DNA of 64,000 bases from Lama glama. Its lineage: Eukaryota. Location: contig CM052816.1 of NCBI GenBank assembly GCA_028534125.1, positions 82,028,001 through 82,092,000 of the forward strand. The letters are read 5' to 3'. The notes beneath the pieces were generated by a model. That model was given only the letters and a program-made list of their open reading frames with translations. It made no database searches and was not told the DNA's origin. The position numbers and the translations under genes were made by a program. How positions within the stretch are numbered: the first letter of the stretch is position 1; each line of letters begins with the position of its first letter. Of this stretch, positions 51,951 to 64,000 are shown in pieces.

Positions 51951-53119
51951 AAGAGAACAGAACTAGGAGAAAGGCCGTAGAGTGGGGCTGTGCCTGGGGC
52001 ATTCAAGGTGCTGGACCAGAGGAAGCTGGGGAGAGAAGAGGAGAAGGAAGGGCCTTGTCAGGTAAGGCTGTGGATGCTCTGTGCACCTTCACTTTACCCT
52101 GGGGTCCCTGTGGGTGGAAAATCGCAGGGATGCTCACAGTCTACCTTTTATGCTGGTTTCCAGTGTGCCATGGATTTGCGAAACAGAGGGTTGTAAGGAA
52201 GGACGGCCTTTGAGATTAGAGAACAGAGTCAAGCTGGCTCTCAAAGAACTAAGTTCTGATGTACGTGGGCTCATTCCATCATTTAAGGCAAGACAGCCTC
52301 CTAATTCTTCCCCAGCTGAAGTTGCCTGTATCTTGTCTTTAGTCCTGCACACACCTGAAAGTGCGATTGTCTAGAAGACAGAGGGCACCTTCAGTAATTC
52401 AAAGGCATTTGTGCCTTAATTCTCCTACAGCTGCCTGTATCTCTTCTCATTGGCCCAACGCACATCTGAACAGAATTTCTTGAGAGCATAACTCTCTAAA
52501 AGGAAGATCTTTTTCAAAGCTAACTTTTATAAACCAAAAAAATGAGTTCTAAGCACATGGAACAAAAACATTCTGAGAGAGAATAATACTCTTTCTTCCC
52601 AGTAACTGAACCCTTCTCTTTTTTCTACCCTCTTGAGGCCAGAGGACAGCAGTGAGATTTTGGGGCCGGGGCACCTGAACCAATTTGTGTTCAAATCCCA
52701 TCATAAAACTAGAAGGTGGCCAGGCATTTGAAATCAGCAGATGTAGTGTCACTTAAACGATCTGACCTTTTTAAAGTCTGATTCCTTCTTTGTAAGAGAG
52801 AAGCAAGAACACAGTGCCCACTGTGAAAGTTATGCCAACTCGAAGGCACCACAGAGGCAAGAAATGCGGTAGTTGCTTTTACTGCTGTTTTATTTACAAA
52901 AGCAACAGATGCCACATGATCCACTTTCTTGAGTGCAGATTTCCTCCTCTGTCGGCCTGGCTTTCCTTCTCTGATAAACTCTCAGGTTTGCGGCCGCTTT
53001 CTTCAGTCCTCTCATTTTCTGTTTGAGCTCTCTTTGAGTTGGAAGTTGCACTGCATTCTAGAAGCTCACAAAGAAAGTAGAGTACGGGGTGGAAGCACCA
53101 GGGGTCGGAGGGAGAAGAC

Positions 53120-53300
53120 CTGGGCTTGGAACTTCTTTCTACCACCTGTTAGCTGTGTGACTTGGCTTCACATCCTGGCACCTCAGCTTCCATATGGAAG
53201 ATGCAGATAAATACAGACCAGATGGTTCTGAGGATTAAGTGAGAAAAACATTTGTAAAGCATCTTGCCCAGTGTCTAGCCCATGATGGGAGCCTAGTAAA
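53120..53300 (+). mobile_element. MIR SINE (intron 11)
   Basis: ttagctgtgtgacttggc...cctcagcttcc...tgaggattaagtgag...tgtaaagcatctt. Confidence 0.7.
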
Positions 53301-54716
53301 GGCTAGATCCCATTTTTCTCCTTTTTAATTAAGTACAGAATTCCAAAGAGACTAGACAAGATGTGGGTAGAGGTAATGAGGAGACAGAATTCACTGGAGG
53401 AGGGAGATGAAAAGGGAGGACATAGGGAGCTGGCTAGACGGAGAATAAGGGGGAGGAGAAAGTGGGGAGATTTGAGGGAAGGGAGCATCACCTCTGTGAG
53501 ATGAGGGCCGGTGCTTCCTCTACAGACCACAAGTCCACAGACTCCTACCTGAGGACAGCCTGCCAGTCTAGCCCTTCTAAAAACAATCTCTCTCTCTTTT
53601 TTTAAATCAAAAGAATATTCATATCTTTCTCTTGGAAAACAATTTTTACAGACTCACACCCTTAGAGCACTCATTTGTCTTTGCATACTCTCAGTTTTTA
53701 TTTATGCTCATATCTTAAAATACTTCCCCCAGATCTTAGTTGACAAAGAGAATCACAGTTCTGTAGCTGAGTTTCAAGGCTCTGTTATAATTAGCAAAGT
53801 GGATCTGGAATGTGAAACTCTGGAGCAGGGACCCCTATGCGTTCTCTTCTTAGAGAAATGTTAGGTCTTCCTTTCCTTTTCCCAAAGTCACTATATTGTC
53901 ATTTTTTAAAAAAAAAAAAGATTGTTTTTTTCCCCCTCTCTGTGTAAACCAGGTTGGCTCTAACTTCTTACTTTCCCCCCACAATGGCGTAGGCGAGCTT
54001 TACAAATCTTAACTTTCATTTTTCGAAGCTAACATTTGATTTCTGAGTTCACAACAGTCAAGGGACTTTTGAGCATTTTGAGCTCAACTTGTGTGCTTAA
54101 TTAGTGAGCTGGGGTAAAAACTTCATCTGAATCATTGTTAGACCTTGATTTTCACTTTTATGACATTCATTTCTTTTAGGTCCCGGATTTATTTCCTTAG
54201 TCACAGGAGTTATTATTGAGAACCTGAGAAATAATAGACCCTGTGTATTCGGCAGTCAGAGAGCAATGCTAAGAAGGTTGTTATTTAAGTGGGCAGATCC
54301 AAATGAGGTTGCTGAGTTAAAGAAAATTGCACCGCTTTTTATTGCCCTGTACGAGAGAGAAACAGTCATCACATTTCTCCTTCCACTTTCCCATCCATCT
54401 TTAAACTTTACCTTCATAGAAAGGGCCTTCATCGTACACTCCATGTCCGACGATGTTCACTCTTTGAACATTTAACATTTGCCAGGTTAAATATTAAACA
54501 ACAAATGAAATGACAAGGGCATATTTATACTGCTCTCAAATCCCCCCTAAGATTCATTCCCAGTCTGATAGAAAAGAGATTCTCTCGGTGGAATGACTGC
54601 CTGGGTAAGTAAAGACATGGGCAAGTTTCACAACTGTTCATTCTCCAAAGCCACTTTCAAGCAAAAACTAGTTCATGGGTGAACAACAAAGATTCTCAGC
54701 ACATAACTCTACTCAC

Positions 54717-54826
54717 CTAGATCGGGCTGTATGCCTTAATGGGGGAGGCGGATAAATCTAGAGAGTCACAGTAACAGTGTGTGCCCCTCAGCATGGGGAG
54801 ATAGGATGCGGGGAGAAGCAGTTTAC
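54717..54826 (-). CDS. CDH6: Putative alternative 3' extension of exon 11 encoding a 36-aa alternative C-terminus (short CDH6 isoform)
   Basis: Reading through the canonical donor gives [36 protein letters not shown] (TAG 54717-54719), directly followed by GTGAGT. Resembles my recollection of the human short-isoform tail. Confidence 0.6.
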
Positions 54827-55078
54827 CTAGTAGGGTCACGATGCACAGGAGGATGGCAATCAGAGCCCCCGTGCTCAGTCCCGTGGGGTGGACGAGGGCC
54901 TCCGCATGGCAGGACTGCATGTTCCCTTGGTGGTCACATGCACAGACCCGGACAGTCACAGTCCCCGTGCTGCTTTGGACGGGGTAGTCGTTGTCTGATA
55001 TGACCACAGGCAGGAGATAGGTGCTCATCTCGTGTCTATTATAGCCATTTTTCCGAGTTAAGATTGCCGCGGTATTGT
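54827..55078 (-). CDS. CDH6: Cadherin-6 exon 11, 252 nt (end of EC5 and start of the transmembrane helix)
   Basis: ggttccag|AC AAT ACC... encodes [84 protein letters not shown]; canonical donor CTA G|gtaaac. Confidence 0.96.
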
Positions 55079-55210
55079 CTGGAACCAGAAAGCAAAATGG
55101 TGAATGAAAGTAGAAACTGTATTCTGTCTTGGATCAATTGTGATGGGACCAGACAGATTTAGACACAGATATAAATATGTAGACAGACAAGGCAACCTAG
55201 AGCCAATTAC

Positions 55211-55328
55211 CTTTGTTGTCCTGAATGGTAAAATTTGAGCCACTGGCTGCTTCGGGGGCCAAAGAGAACGAGAACTGGTGTCCGCTGTAAGGGTCATCCT
55301 TGTCCACGGCTCGTAGGGTCTGAATCAA
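55211..55328 (-). CDS. CDH6: Cadherin-6 exon 10, 118 nt (EC5)
   Basis: gattttag|TTG ATT CAG... encodes [39 protein letters not shown]; ends AAA G|gtaatt. Followed by a 132-nt intron (55079-55210). Confidence 0.96.
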
Positions 55329-55496
55329 CTAAAATCAAAACCATAAAGCTACCATAAGTTTTGCTAACTCAAAAGTGCTTCTTACAGTTTTGCAGCATAT
55401 TGTGTGGCCAAATGATTTCCAATTTTAATTTTTAAATGATAGCCTCTAGAAATTTCACAATGAATCCGCTTTGAGCAAAGAACTGCAAAGAGCCAA

Positions 55497-55667
55497 GAAT
55501 AATACTTTGTCGTGGGCTGTCCTGAGCACTGTAGGATTTTAAGCAGGAAGCCTGGCCTCCTCCCACTAAAACCAGTAGCACCCTTCTCCTTGCGACAATC
55601 AAAAATGTCCCTAGACGTTGCCAAATGTCCCCTCGGGGGCCAGAATCACCCATGTTGAGAAATACCG
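55497..55667. mobile_element. MER20 hAT transposon (intron 9)
   Basis: gggctgtcctgagcactgtagga...cagtagcaccc...aaaaatgtccctagacgttgccaaatgtcccctcgggggc...gttgagaa. Confidence 0.85.
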
Positions 55668-56375
55668 CCCTAGGGAGATACCAAGCGATAAAATATTACA
55701 ATGATCGATGATGACATTGCATCTGAAGAAAACAGAAGCACTCTTTGGACAGCCTGCCTAGAAACACAATCTGGGCATATACATAAGCCATCAACTTGCA
55801 AAAAAAGCTGGTTTGTATATAAAACACTTAACTTCAGCTTCCCATTTTAACATGTATTTTAACAGTGTGCTTCTATTTTGACAAACCATAACATGATTTT
55901 TATATCATTGGCAGAAAGGACTGATTTCAGGTGGGGACAAATGTGCAAAACAGTAAAACATTCATGAATTTGTACTGCTTGTGCAGATGGGCAATGTAAA
56001 TAAGTGAAACTATGAATTATAGGCAGTTGTAAAGTATGTTCTAGCCATTACTTTCCAGTCCATTTGGTAATTAAAGTATCTGCTCACCAATAAAGATTTT
56101 TCCAATAAAGCTGTGACTAATCCATTTTAATGAAAACTTAGGACTGATCTGGGATCAGCGTCAGTCTTTGAGACTGACAAACTTCCAGGTCTTCAAGACT
56201 GTTTGTTCTTGTATGCAAGCTAAACATTCATCCTGGTTCTTATTTATGGTGTTAATTTTGTGAGCATTTATTTCACAGATAATTCAAAACTAGCCCTCAG
56301 GTCTGTGCATCATCTGAATTATTAGAAGATCTAAATTAGCCTGAGGAAATTCATTTACTTTCATATGAAACTCAC

Positions 56376-56497
56376 CTGATCTGCTTTTGCTTTTTCACAG
56401 ACAAAAGTTTCATAGAATTCAGCAAATTCTGGGGGGTTGTCATTGACATCCAGGACTTTAATATATAGAGGTACTCGGCTGCTTTGCTTTGGATTAT
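56376..56497 (-). CDS. CDH6: Cadherin-6 exon 9, 122 nt (EC4/EC5 boundary)
   Basis: gttgcag|AT AAT CCA AAG... encodes (N)[40 protein letters not shown] with the DxNDN calcium motif; ends GAT CAG|gtgag. Confidence 0.96.
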
Positions 56498-56769
56498 CTG
56501 CAACATGCCAGAAAGAAAGGAATAGGCATTTTTACATTGATGGAAATATCTAGGAGACAAAACTATTTCCATTGATACAATGCAACTGGATAATAAACCC
56601 CAGAGTAACACACAATAAAGAAAAGCTATCCAGGAAAGGCATTTTATGGGCAGTTTTTAACGGAAGCCAAGAAAGCAGGCAGATGGGAAAAATGTGGACA
56701 AAAGGAAAAAGTCTGGGACAATTAAGATTGCTATTGGTCTTAGGTTTTTAGTTGGAATGCTAAGAGCTA

Positions 56770-56970
56770 GGCCTTGTGCTAAGCACTTTGCTAATATTAT
56801 CTTATTTAATCCTTATAAACTTCTGAGATAAATACAATTATTGCCCCCATTTTGTAGATGAGGGAACTGAGGTACAGAGAAATTAGGTGATTTGTCCATG
56901 TTCACAGAGATAGTAAGGAGTGGAGCCTAAATTCAAACTTGGGTCTGCCTGACTCCAAAGTGCAGGCTAT
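56770..56970 (-). mobile_element. MIR SINE (intron 8)
   Basis: tgctaagcacttt...atcttatttaatcct...cccattttgtagatgagggaactgaggtacagaga...gtctgcctgactccaaag. Confidence 0.85.
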
Positions 56971-57129
56971 TCACCTAAGATAATGACCACAGAATCAATG
57001 CTTGAAGACCTGAGATAAATGAAGTATTTTGGCTGCCATCTCTGATGATCTCCTGGGTAGTATGGTGGTATGCAAGGAAGATTCCTCTCCTAAGAATCAG
57101 GAGCCGGAGTCTCTCACCTCAGGTCTCTT

Positions 57130-57545
57130 CATTCACTTCACTTATGCATCTATTTGTGTGTTCATTTCATAAATGTTTAGTGAGCATCTAATATCTCATT
57201 TGTGCCAGCCAGAATTTGGGGCGCTGAGGCACACTGGGAACATAACAAAGATCCTGCTTCCTGGAGCTTTGTTCTAATGGGGGTAGACAAACTGTAACAC
57301 ATAAATTATAATGGCCAGATGGCAAATGCTGTCGAGAAATTAAACAGGAAAAAGGGACTGGAGAGAGAGAGACGTGCTCCTCTGGATGGGATGACCAGGG
57401 ATGGCTTCTCTGATGAGATGCCATTTGCACAGAGACATGAATGAAGAGAAGGATTAACCCATGTGGATATTTCTGGCTCTCTAGGCAGAGGAAACAGCGA
57501 GTGCAACGGCCCCAGAGTGGGAGAGAGCTGGTTTCGTACAAGCTC
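57130..57545 (-). mobile_element. L2a-type 3' fragment (intron 8)
   Basis: ttcatttcataaatgtttagtgagcatcta...ctggagctttgttctaatgggg...ggcagaggaaacagcgagtgcaacggccc. Confidence 0.75.
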
Positions 57546-58899
57546 TTGGCTCTCGGCATCAAAGGTAGTTAAGAAATTTGGACCATAAAATTCTTAGGCT
57601 CCTTTGCATCTAAAATTTTTTCTTACATGATCCTTCCAAAGCTAGAGTTGCTGAAGTTGAAGTTTTAAAAGGTCTTTATCACTTGTACTTTCAAATACAT
57701 CAGAGAAACATTAAATCTTAAAAACAGAAATTTTTAGGTACACTTAAAATACAAATGAACTGACCACTTCAGTAAAAAATAAAATTTCATGATGTTGCAA
57801 AAAATGATCCTTTTCAGTGGGAAATAATTTTGTAATTTTAAAGCTTTAAGGATGCTCTGTCATTGGTATCCACAGTAGCACCTCCACATAAATTCTGAAG
57901 ATCAAATTCTTACCTAACAAATTTACAATGAGGAGTTCTTATCACTGCTTCTCAAAGCAATGCTTCATTTTGTCCACGTTGGTTATTTATTATTCTACTC
58001 AGTATCTTTCAGCCACTTCAAATCTTATGAATTATGCTGACAAAGAATATTACTGTAACACACCATTTGATATGGAATATTTCACACTAGATACCCAACT
58101 GAGCTAAAAATGTTTGAACTTTTCAAATCAAAAACAAAAACTAAAAAAATGAGCTATAACTTAGAAGCCTATTTTTAAACATTTGAATGTTATTTTAAAG
58201 ATCCTTTTTCTTTCATCTACTTAGGTCTACACATTGTGTTTACATTACACAGTTTTCACTGTGTATGTTCGTCTTATTTGAAGTATTCCTCTGGCACTGT
58301 TTTTCTTTGCCTTAAATTTCATGGGGACTGCCATAAAATTCATTCTAAACATCGTGTGGACTACGTGACGGTTAGCATTGCTCACTTTAGTGTAACATGG
58401 AGAAGTTAAGATTTATATTGCTTAATTCTGTTGCGATTTTGAAATAGACATTCCATAGAAAACTAAAGGGTGAATATCTGAAAGATTTCTAAACAATGTC
58501 TACATTTTAGAGCACATTTGATCCTCACCCCTCCCCACCACCACACACACACGTAAGTGTTTAACGGTGGGCCCATTTCTTTCATCTCCTTCTGTAATGT
58601 TTGATTTGTAAGCTTTTTGGAATCAAATCCAACATATACCAATTCAACCCAGATTGAGAGACGCTTTCCTGTTTTATTGTTCCCAAACTGCAGAACTTCC
58701 ACAGTTGCTTCTGCATTTGTGAACGAACCAAGAGGTCTATAAGGAACATTACTGCAAATCATTTCAGGGCTCTTTCCCTCAATGTGTATCGAGCAGAATC
58801 ATCAATATATGGTGATGAGTCTCAGCTGTGCTTCCCTAGCCCTTGCTGAGATGCTCTCTCCATCAGCTGGGGCCAACCGTGGCATCAGATCGGACTTAC

Positions 58900-59036
58900 T
58901 GATCTCTGTCGCTATCACTGTAATGTTGTGCCACAGCAATGTTTCTCGATCAAGAAGTTTCGATGTGAAAATTGAACCATTTCCAGAATCAATGTTGAAT
59001 ATTCTGTCCATATCTGTGTGTCGGTCGACAGAGTAC
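58900..59036 (-). CDS. CDH6: Cadherin-6 internal coding exon (exon 8 by human numbering, EC4 domain), 137 nt
   Basis: Minus strand: ttttcag|G TAC TCT GTC GAC... encodes [45 protein letters not shown] (cadherin LDRE motif) and ends ATC A|gtaagt. Phase fits the next exon. Confidence 0.96.
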
Positions 59037-59320
59037 CTGAAAATGCAGAGTAGAATTTAGAAAGATTTTCTTTGTATTTGCTATTCTCACATTCTAAAAC
59101 TATGCCCAGAATATCTGCTACATGATTTTTTTCTACCTGTAGCACATATTGGAATGTCTATAACTTAAGATTAAGCAAAGTATTCTGAGACATTATTTCT
59201 TTCCAGCTGAGGTCTTAATAGTAAACCCACTAGACAAGTTACATGATTTTGAGTATCACCACTAAAGTTTCTTTTTTTTAAAATCATGTCATTTGGATCA
59301 AGTTTATATAGTAATTGCTA

Positions 59321-59546
59321 CTTTTTTATTGAAGTACTGCCAGTTACAATGTGTCAGCTTTTGGTGTACAGCACAACGTCCCCATCATGCTTATACACAC
59401 ATATATTCATTTTTATATTCTTTTTCATTAAAGGTTATTACAAGATATTGAACAAAGTTCCCTGTGCTCAGCAGAAACTTTTTTAAAATCTATTTTTGGC
59501 TAACATTTGTAAATCTCAATCTCCCAAATTTATCCCTTCCCACCCT
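59321..59546 (-). mobile_element. Young L1 3' end (intron 7) with TSD
   Basis: ttttttattgaagtactgccagttacaatgtgtcagcttttggtgtacagcac...; TSD gtaattgcta (59311-59320) / gtaattgtta (59547-59556). Same family as 9895-10036. Confidence 0.85.
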
Positions 59547-62500
59547 GTAATTGTTATGTTTTAACTCAAGTTTTTAGAACTTTAGAACTTTAATGTGTGT
59601 GCATAAATAGGGTTATTAGCTATTTCTCTATTACTCATTTTACTTAAAAAATTCTGATGTTGAAAAAGCAAAAGATGGTTAATGTGGCCGAGGTTAGTGA
59701 GGCAGGAGGGGAGAGAAGAGAGGAGCTTGGGGAGAGAATCCACAACTGGGACTGTAGACGGATGGGCTGGCCACAATACGGAGCTGGAATTTATTCTAAT
59801 TCAGTGTGAATCTACCAATGGATTTTAGACAGAGGAATGTCACCATCTAACTCACGTTTAACAGAGATCACTGACTAATTGAAGAGAGTACTTGGATAGT
59901 GCTGTCACAAACTGATAGAAAAGAGTGAAAACCAGGATTTGGGGAAGACCGTAAGTTCCAGTTTTGATATGTTGAGGCTGAGGTGCTCGAGGAAAGTCCA
60001 GGAAGCTCAAGATGAACCTCTGGACTGACAGCCTGGTTTCCTATTCAACTGTCTAGGAAGAGAGGGAGGACAGTGCTAAGTACAGAGTCACTTAAAGGAT
60101 AAAGGGGAGAATGGAAAACCACAGGGACTAGAACAGTGCCCAGAACAGAGCAGGAATCTGATAAATATTTGAAAAGGAGAGTTTGGGGAATTCAAAGAAA
60201 ACCAAGAGGTGTTTTAGAAACTAAAGAAGGACAAAGTCTTCAACATTGAAATTGATGAAAGACTAGTAGATTTTGAAAAATGTAATTTTATTTATAAATT
60301 TATTACTAGTTTTTGGAAGTCATATGTAAGGAGAAAATACCTATACACTTTGTTTTATGGGAGGAGCATTAGAGAGAAAACTTAGAATAAAATTGATATG
60401 CTAAGAAGAAAGTTGAAATTGCCCATTTCAGCTGGATTCTTAATACTTATGTCATGATAGGAGATTTTAAAATGTCAGAAATACATTTTAAGTAAACGTC
60501 CTAACTAGGCAGACACAGATGGAATTATTGTGAATGCTTTAAGAAAAATAAACTCTGGTTGCTAACTTGCAATAGTGTACCATGTTCCACGATTCTACTT
60601 CAATTAATTATTTTGTTTTAAGTACTACTAGTGAATTATAATAAACAATATGTTATGTTAATAAAATCTGTTTTTGTCATCTAGCAGTTGTCTAAATAAA
60701 ATAGATATGCCATTATTGCAGGCTATTTAAACCTGATTTTAAAGAGAATTAATGAAGTTCACAATGGATACATGTGTGTCAAGTTGGGTTAGAATTTCAG
60801 TTTGTTTATATGTCTAGTGTTTTATTATCAGAAGGGTTGAAATAGATGAAATAGCGATTGGTTTTGCTATTTATGCCACAAATCAACATTTATTAAGAAT
60901 TTAGACAATAGCATTGACCTTTCTTATTTTTCCTCATTTTTAAATTGAGAATGATAAATATTTATAGGACATGATTACCAAAAAAGGAAATCTCAGTATT
61001 CATTCACTTTGTAAGGAATTTAATAATTTTCTACAAATGCATTGCTTCTCTCCTGATGCATCAGGCTTAAGGCACACTGCTTACTGCCTTTATAAGCTGT
61101 TACAATTATACACAGCAGTAATCTTTTCTTTTTCTTTGTCCCTTTTCTTCCCGCTATAGTTTGAAGTTTCACAAGTAATCATACTTTCCCATCAAGCCTT
61201 GAAATAAAGGGTAAGGGGTGAGGAATTCTTAGCTGAAGGTGGCTTTTGATTTTAAAGAGAAAGGACCATTTAGGAAATACCAAAATTGTGTATTATTTTC
61301 TTTCCTTAATTGGGGGATTTTAAAATGAATAGAAAACCTAAAATGTCTACCTTGATTAGAAAAGGTGCTGCATCTGAGACACACATATCTCTATTTGCTC
61401 GTTGTTTTCCTTTCCAAACTAATTTCAATTTATGTCCAAAAATGTAGTGTCTAGTCACATTAACTGTAAAAATAACTGATCAGGAAAAAGGTAATCAATC
61501 TCATCACGATTATGGCAGATCATTCTGCGAGCTAGCTCTTTTTTTTTTTCTCCCTAGAACTTTGTTTTATTCTGTGATTGAATAATTTGTTTTCTAGTGT
61601 ATCCTGAAGGGAGATTTGTGGGTCAGGAAAGGAAATGTGTTTGCATATAAATTTTCCATAATAAGTATTCAGAGTGACATTTTGTAAGACTTCCATGGAA
61701 ATCAAAGGACATTTGTGGTATAAAGTGATAGAAAGAAAATTATTTTATGTGATCAAAGAATTAAAGATTTGTGCTTACATAATGATAAACCATGTTTGAG
61801 GAAGAATTCTCTAGTGTTAATTGTGCACTCAATATGATGTCGAGCACCTAATTGTTCACTATATACGTTTCTCAAACAACCAAAAACTATGTATGGTTGT
61901 ACTTTTCTAACATAAGAATCCATTTTATCCTATAAAGGAAATCACTGGAATATGGATTTATATACCAGTATATCTTTGTATATTTTTATCCTTAAATCTT
62001 TATCTATGCATGAAATCCATATGTACAAAGGGAAGGCTGGCAGAAAAAAACTTCAAAATTAGCTGACAGCCAACCTAGTCTGACAAGCTAACTACTTCCT
62101 GTAATAAAACATAAAATAAATGTAGTGGGTAAAAGTGATATTTGGTATAAAAACTAAAATAGACATAAAAATCCAGCCTAAATTCCCAGAAGGCATTATC
62201 TCCTTCATTTAAAAACATGCTGACTGATCAAAGAGGTAACCAAGCTCATATTTATAAACTTCCAAGATTAACACTTTCAAGTTGGTCCTGATAATGGCTT
62301 GCTAAGATTTTTTTTCTTATACAGTTAGAACAAACTCCAAGTGCGAGAATGTAGTGAAAAGCACTTAAAATTATTTGTATTATGCAAGCAAAGGCCGTCA
62401 TTCATTTTCTTTATTAATAATATTAAATGTATAGGAGGAACACTTGACCCATGAGTCTCCACGTGGCTGCTCTGGGTTTAGCATCCGATTCAGGGAGTCT

Positions 62501-62659
62501 ATAGCTAGACTTCCAGTAGGATGACAAAACAAGTCTGTTTTCCCGATGGTTTAAAATTATTCCCTGCAAGTAAGCCAGGCATTTTTGTGTCTTAAACGTG
62601 GGACTGGCCACGAGGCTTCGTTTGAACAAAGGGCTCTGTGGCTAGAACGTTAGGAAACA

Positions 62660-63290
62660 CTGCGTTAGAGCCTCAAACTCTTTCATCTGTAATAATGTTA
62701 ATAATGTTCTTCACGCAGCAGCCAGGGTGATCCTTTGAACATGTCACTCTACTCAAAGCTCTCAGTGGCTTCTTACCTCAATCAGTGGTGGTTACCTGGG
62801 CCTACAGTCCTCAGTAAGACCTGCCTCGCTCACCACCTAGTGAACCTCCCTGCCTCCGCACACCTTGGGCTCCCGCCTACCTCACTCTCTCTGCTTCAGA
62901 GGCCCCTTTGCTGCTCCTGTGTGCCCAGCAAGCTCTGGCGTCGCACCTCACCCTTGCTTTCCCTTTTCCTTGTGTGTTCTTCCCCCAGATATCAGTACAG
63001 TCCATCCCTTCATTTCATTCAAATCTTTACTCAGATGATTTCCTACAACAGGTACAAGCCTGACTGCATCATCTAAAATAGTACCCAGACAGACACCCTT
63101 TGTTTCCGCACGCTCTTATTTGACTGCTCACTTTCTTTTCACCTGACATAGCACGTATCTTTGCTTACTTCTGTCCGTCCCCATTAGAACACAGGCTCCA
63201 TGAGGCCAGGGGTTGGTACCGTCCTCTGTTGTGCCCCCGGTGCCTAGAACACGCCTGGCACAAGGCACACACCCTGGTCACAATAGATTT
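62660..63290 (+). mobile_element. L2 3' fragment (intron 7)
   Basis: cacgcagcagccagggtgatccttt...catgtcactctactcaaa...aggctccatgaggccaggg...tgcctagaacacgcctggcac. Confidence 0.8.
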
Positions 63291-64000
63291 GTGGGCTCAC
63301 TGGCACAGCTTCTCAGTCTGCTCACTTCCTCATGGGGAATAATTTACACAACAGGATTCTGATTTACAAGTTTACTCATCTAGTCCACCAAACTACTGGC
63401 TAAAGGCTGGACAACGTTGACGCCAGTGCTTTCATAAGACTCTAGAATACTTGAGCATCAGTGGTCTCAAAGAGCAATGAGGCTTTCTTCCAACAGGCCT
63501 TACAGCTAGGGTGTAAGCAAAGTACAGGGAAAATGGAACTTGCTTCCGTAGTATATATTTGGGCACAGCTCTATTAATTTCCCCAGGATTTCACAGACAT
63601 ATATCATGAAATGGTTCTTATTTTTATCTGTGTCTTGAAAAGAAAACAGTTACACATCCAAATAGAGCATAATTCTGCCTTTAAGCGTCACATGGTAGGT
63701 TCTTCCGCACTTGAAAAATGGACTGTTAAGCTCAGTGCCTTGTTTGTTAAAAATCACAATGCTTTCTCCATGCCAATCTTTGACAAATCTAAGACCTTAA
63801 AAAAAAAAAAAAATCCCAGGCCATTCAGCCGCACTACCTTGTACCACTTCCCTGTAAGCAGTAAACTCCTTATAACTCATTTTATGCTCCCCTCTCCCCA
63901 ATTTTGTGTTTTCTATGTTTCTGTGGTTGCTAAATAATATCGAGCAAAGAGAATAAAGGTGCTCTTTAAAGTAGTTTTTCAGGAAGACACAGCTAATTGG

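Overview
Mammalian genomic DNA, probably camelid (llama/alpaca/camel), inferred from the tRNA-derived SINEs and young L1 3' ends. The right third holds the 3' part of the type II classical cadherin CDH6 on the minus strand: five coding exons (137, 122, 118, 252 and 491 coding nt; exons 8-12 in human numbering) with GT-AG splice sites and one continuous reading frame, then a long 3' UTR probably ending near 43,350. The 5' exons lie beyond the right edge. Positions 1 to ~43,300 are intergenic and rich in MIR, L2, L1, MLT/LTR16 and hAT elements. There are two 500-N gaps; the one in the 3' UTR is a false gap flanked by an exact 199-bp overlap. The most notable signal is a 110-nt in-frame extension of exon 11 ending in a stop codon that abuts a consensus splice donor (TAG|GTGAGT), predicting an NMD-escaping CDH6 isoform without the catenin-binding tail. 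Other signals are a templated insertion inside an LTR, an old local duplication preserving a SINE empty site, a tandem E-box and an imperfect hairpin. I found no new multi-gene system; nearly all other ORF-track entries are chance or repeat-derived. Repeat subfamily names and human comparisons are from memory, not from searches.
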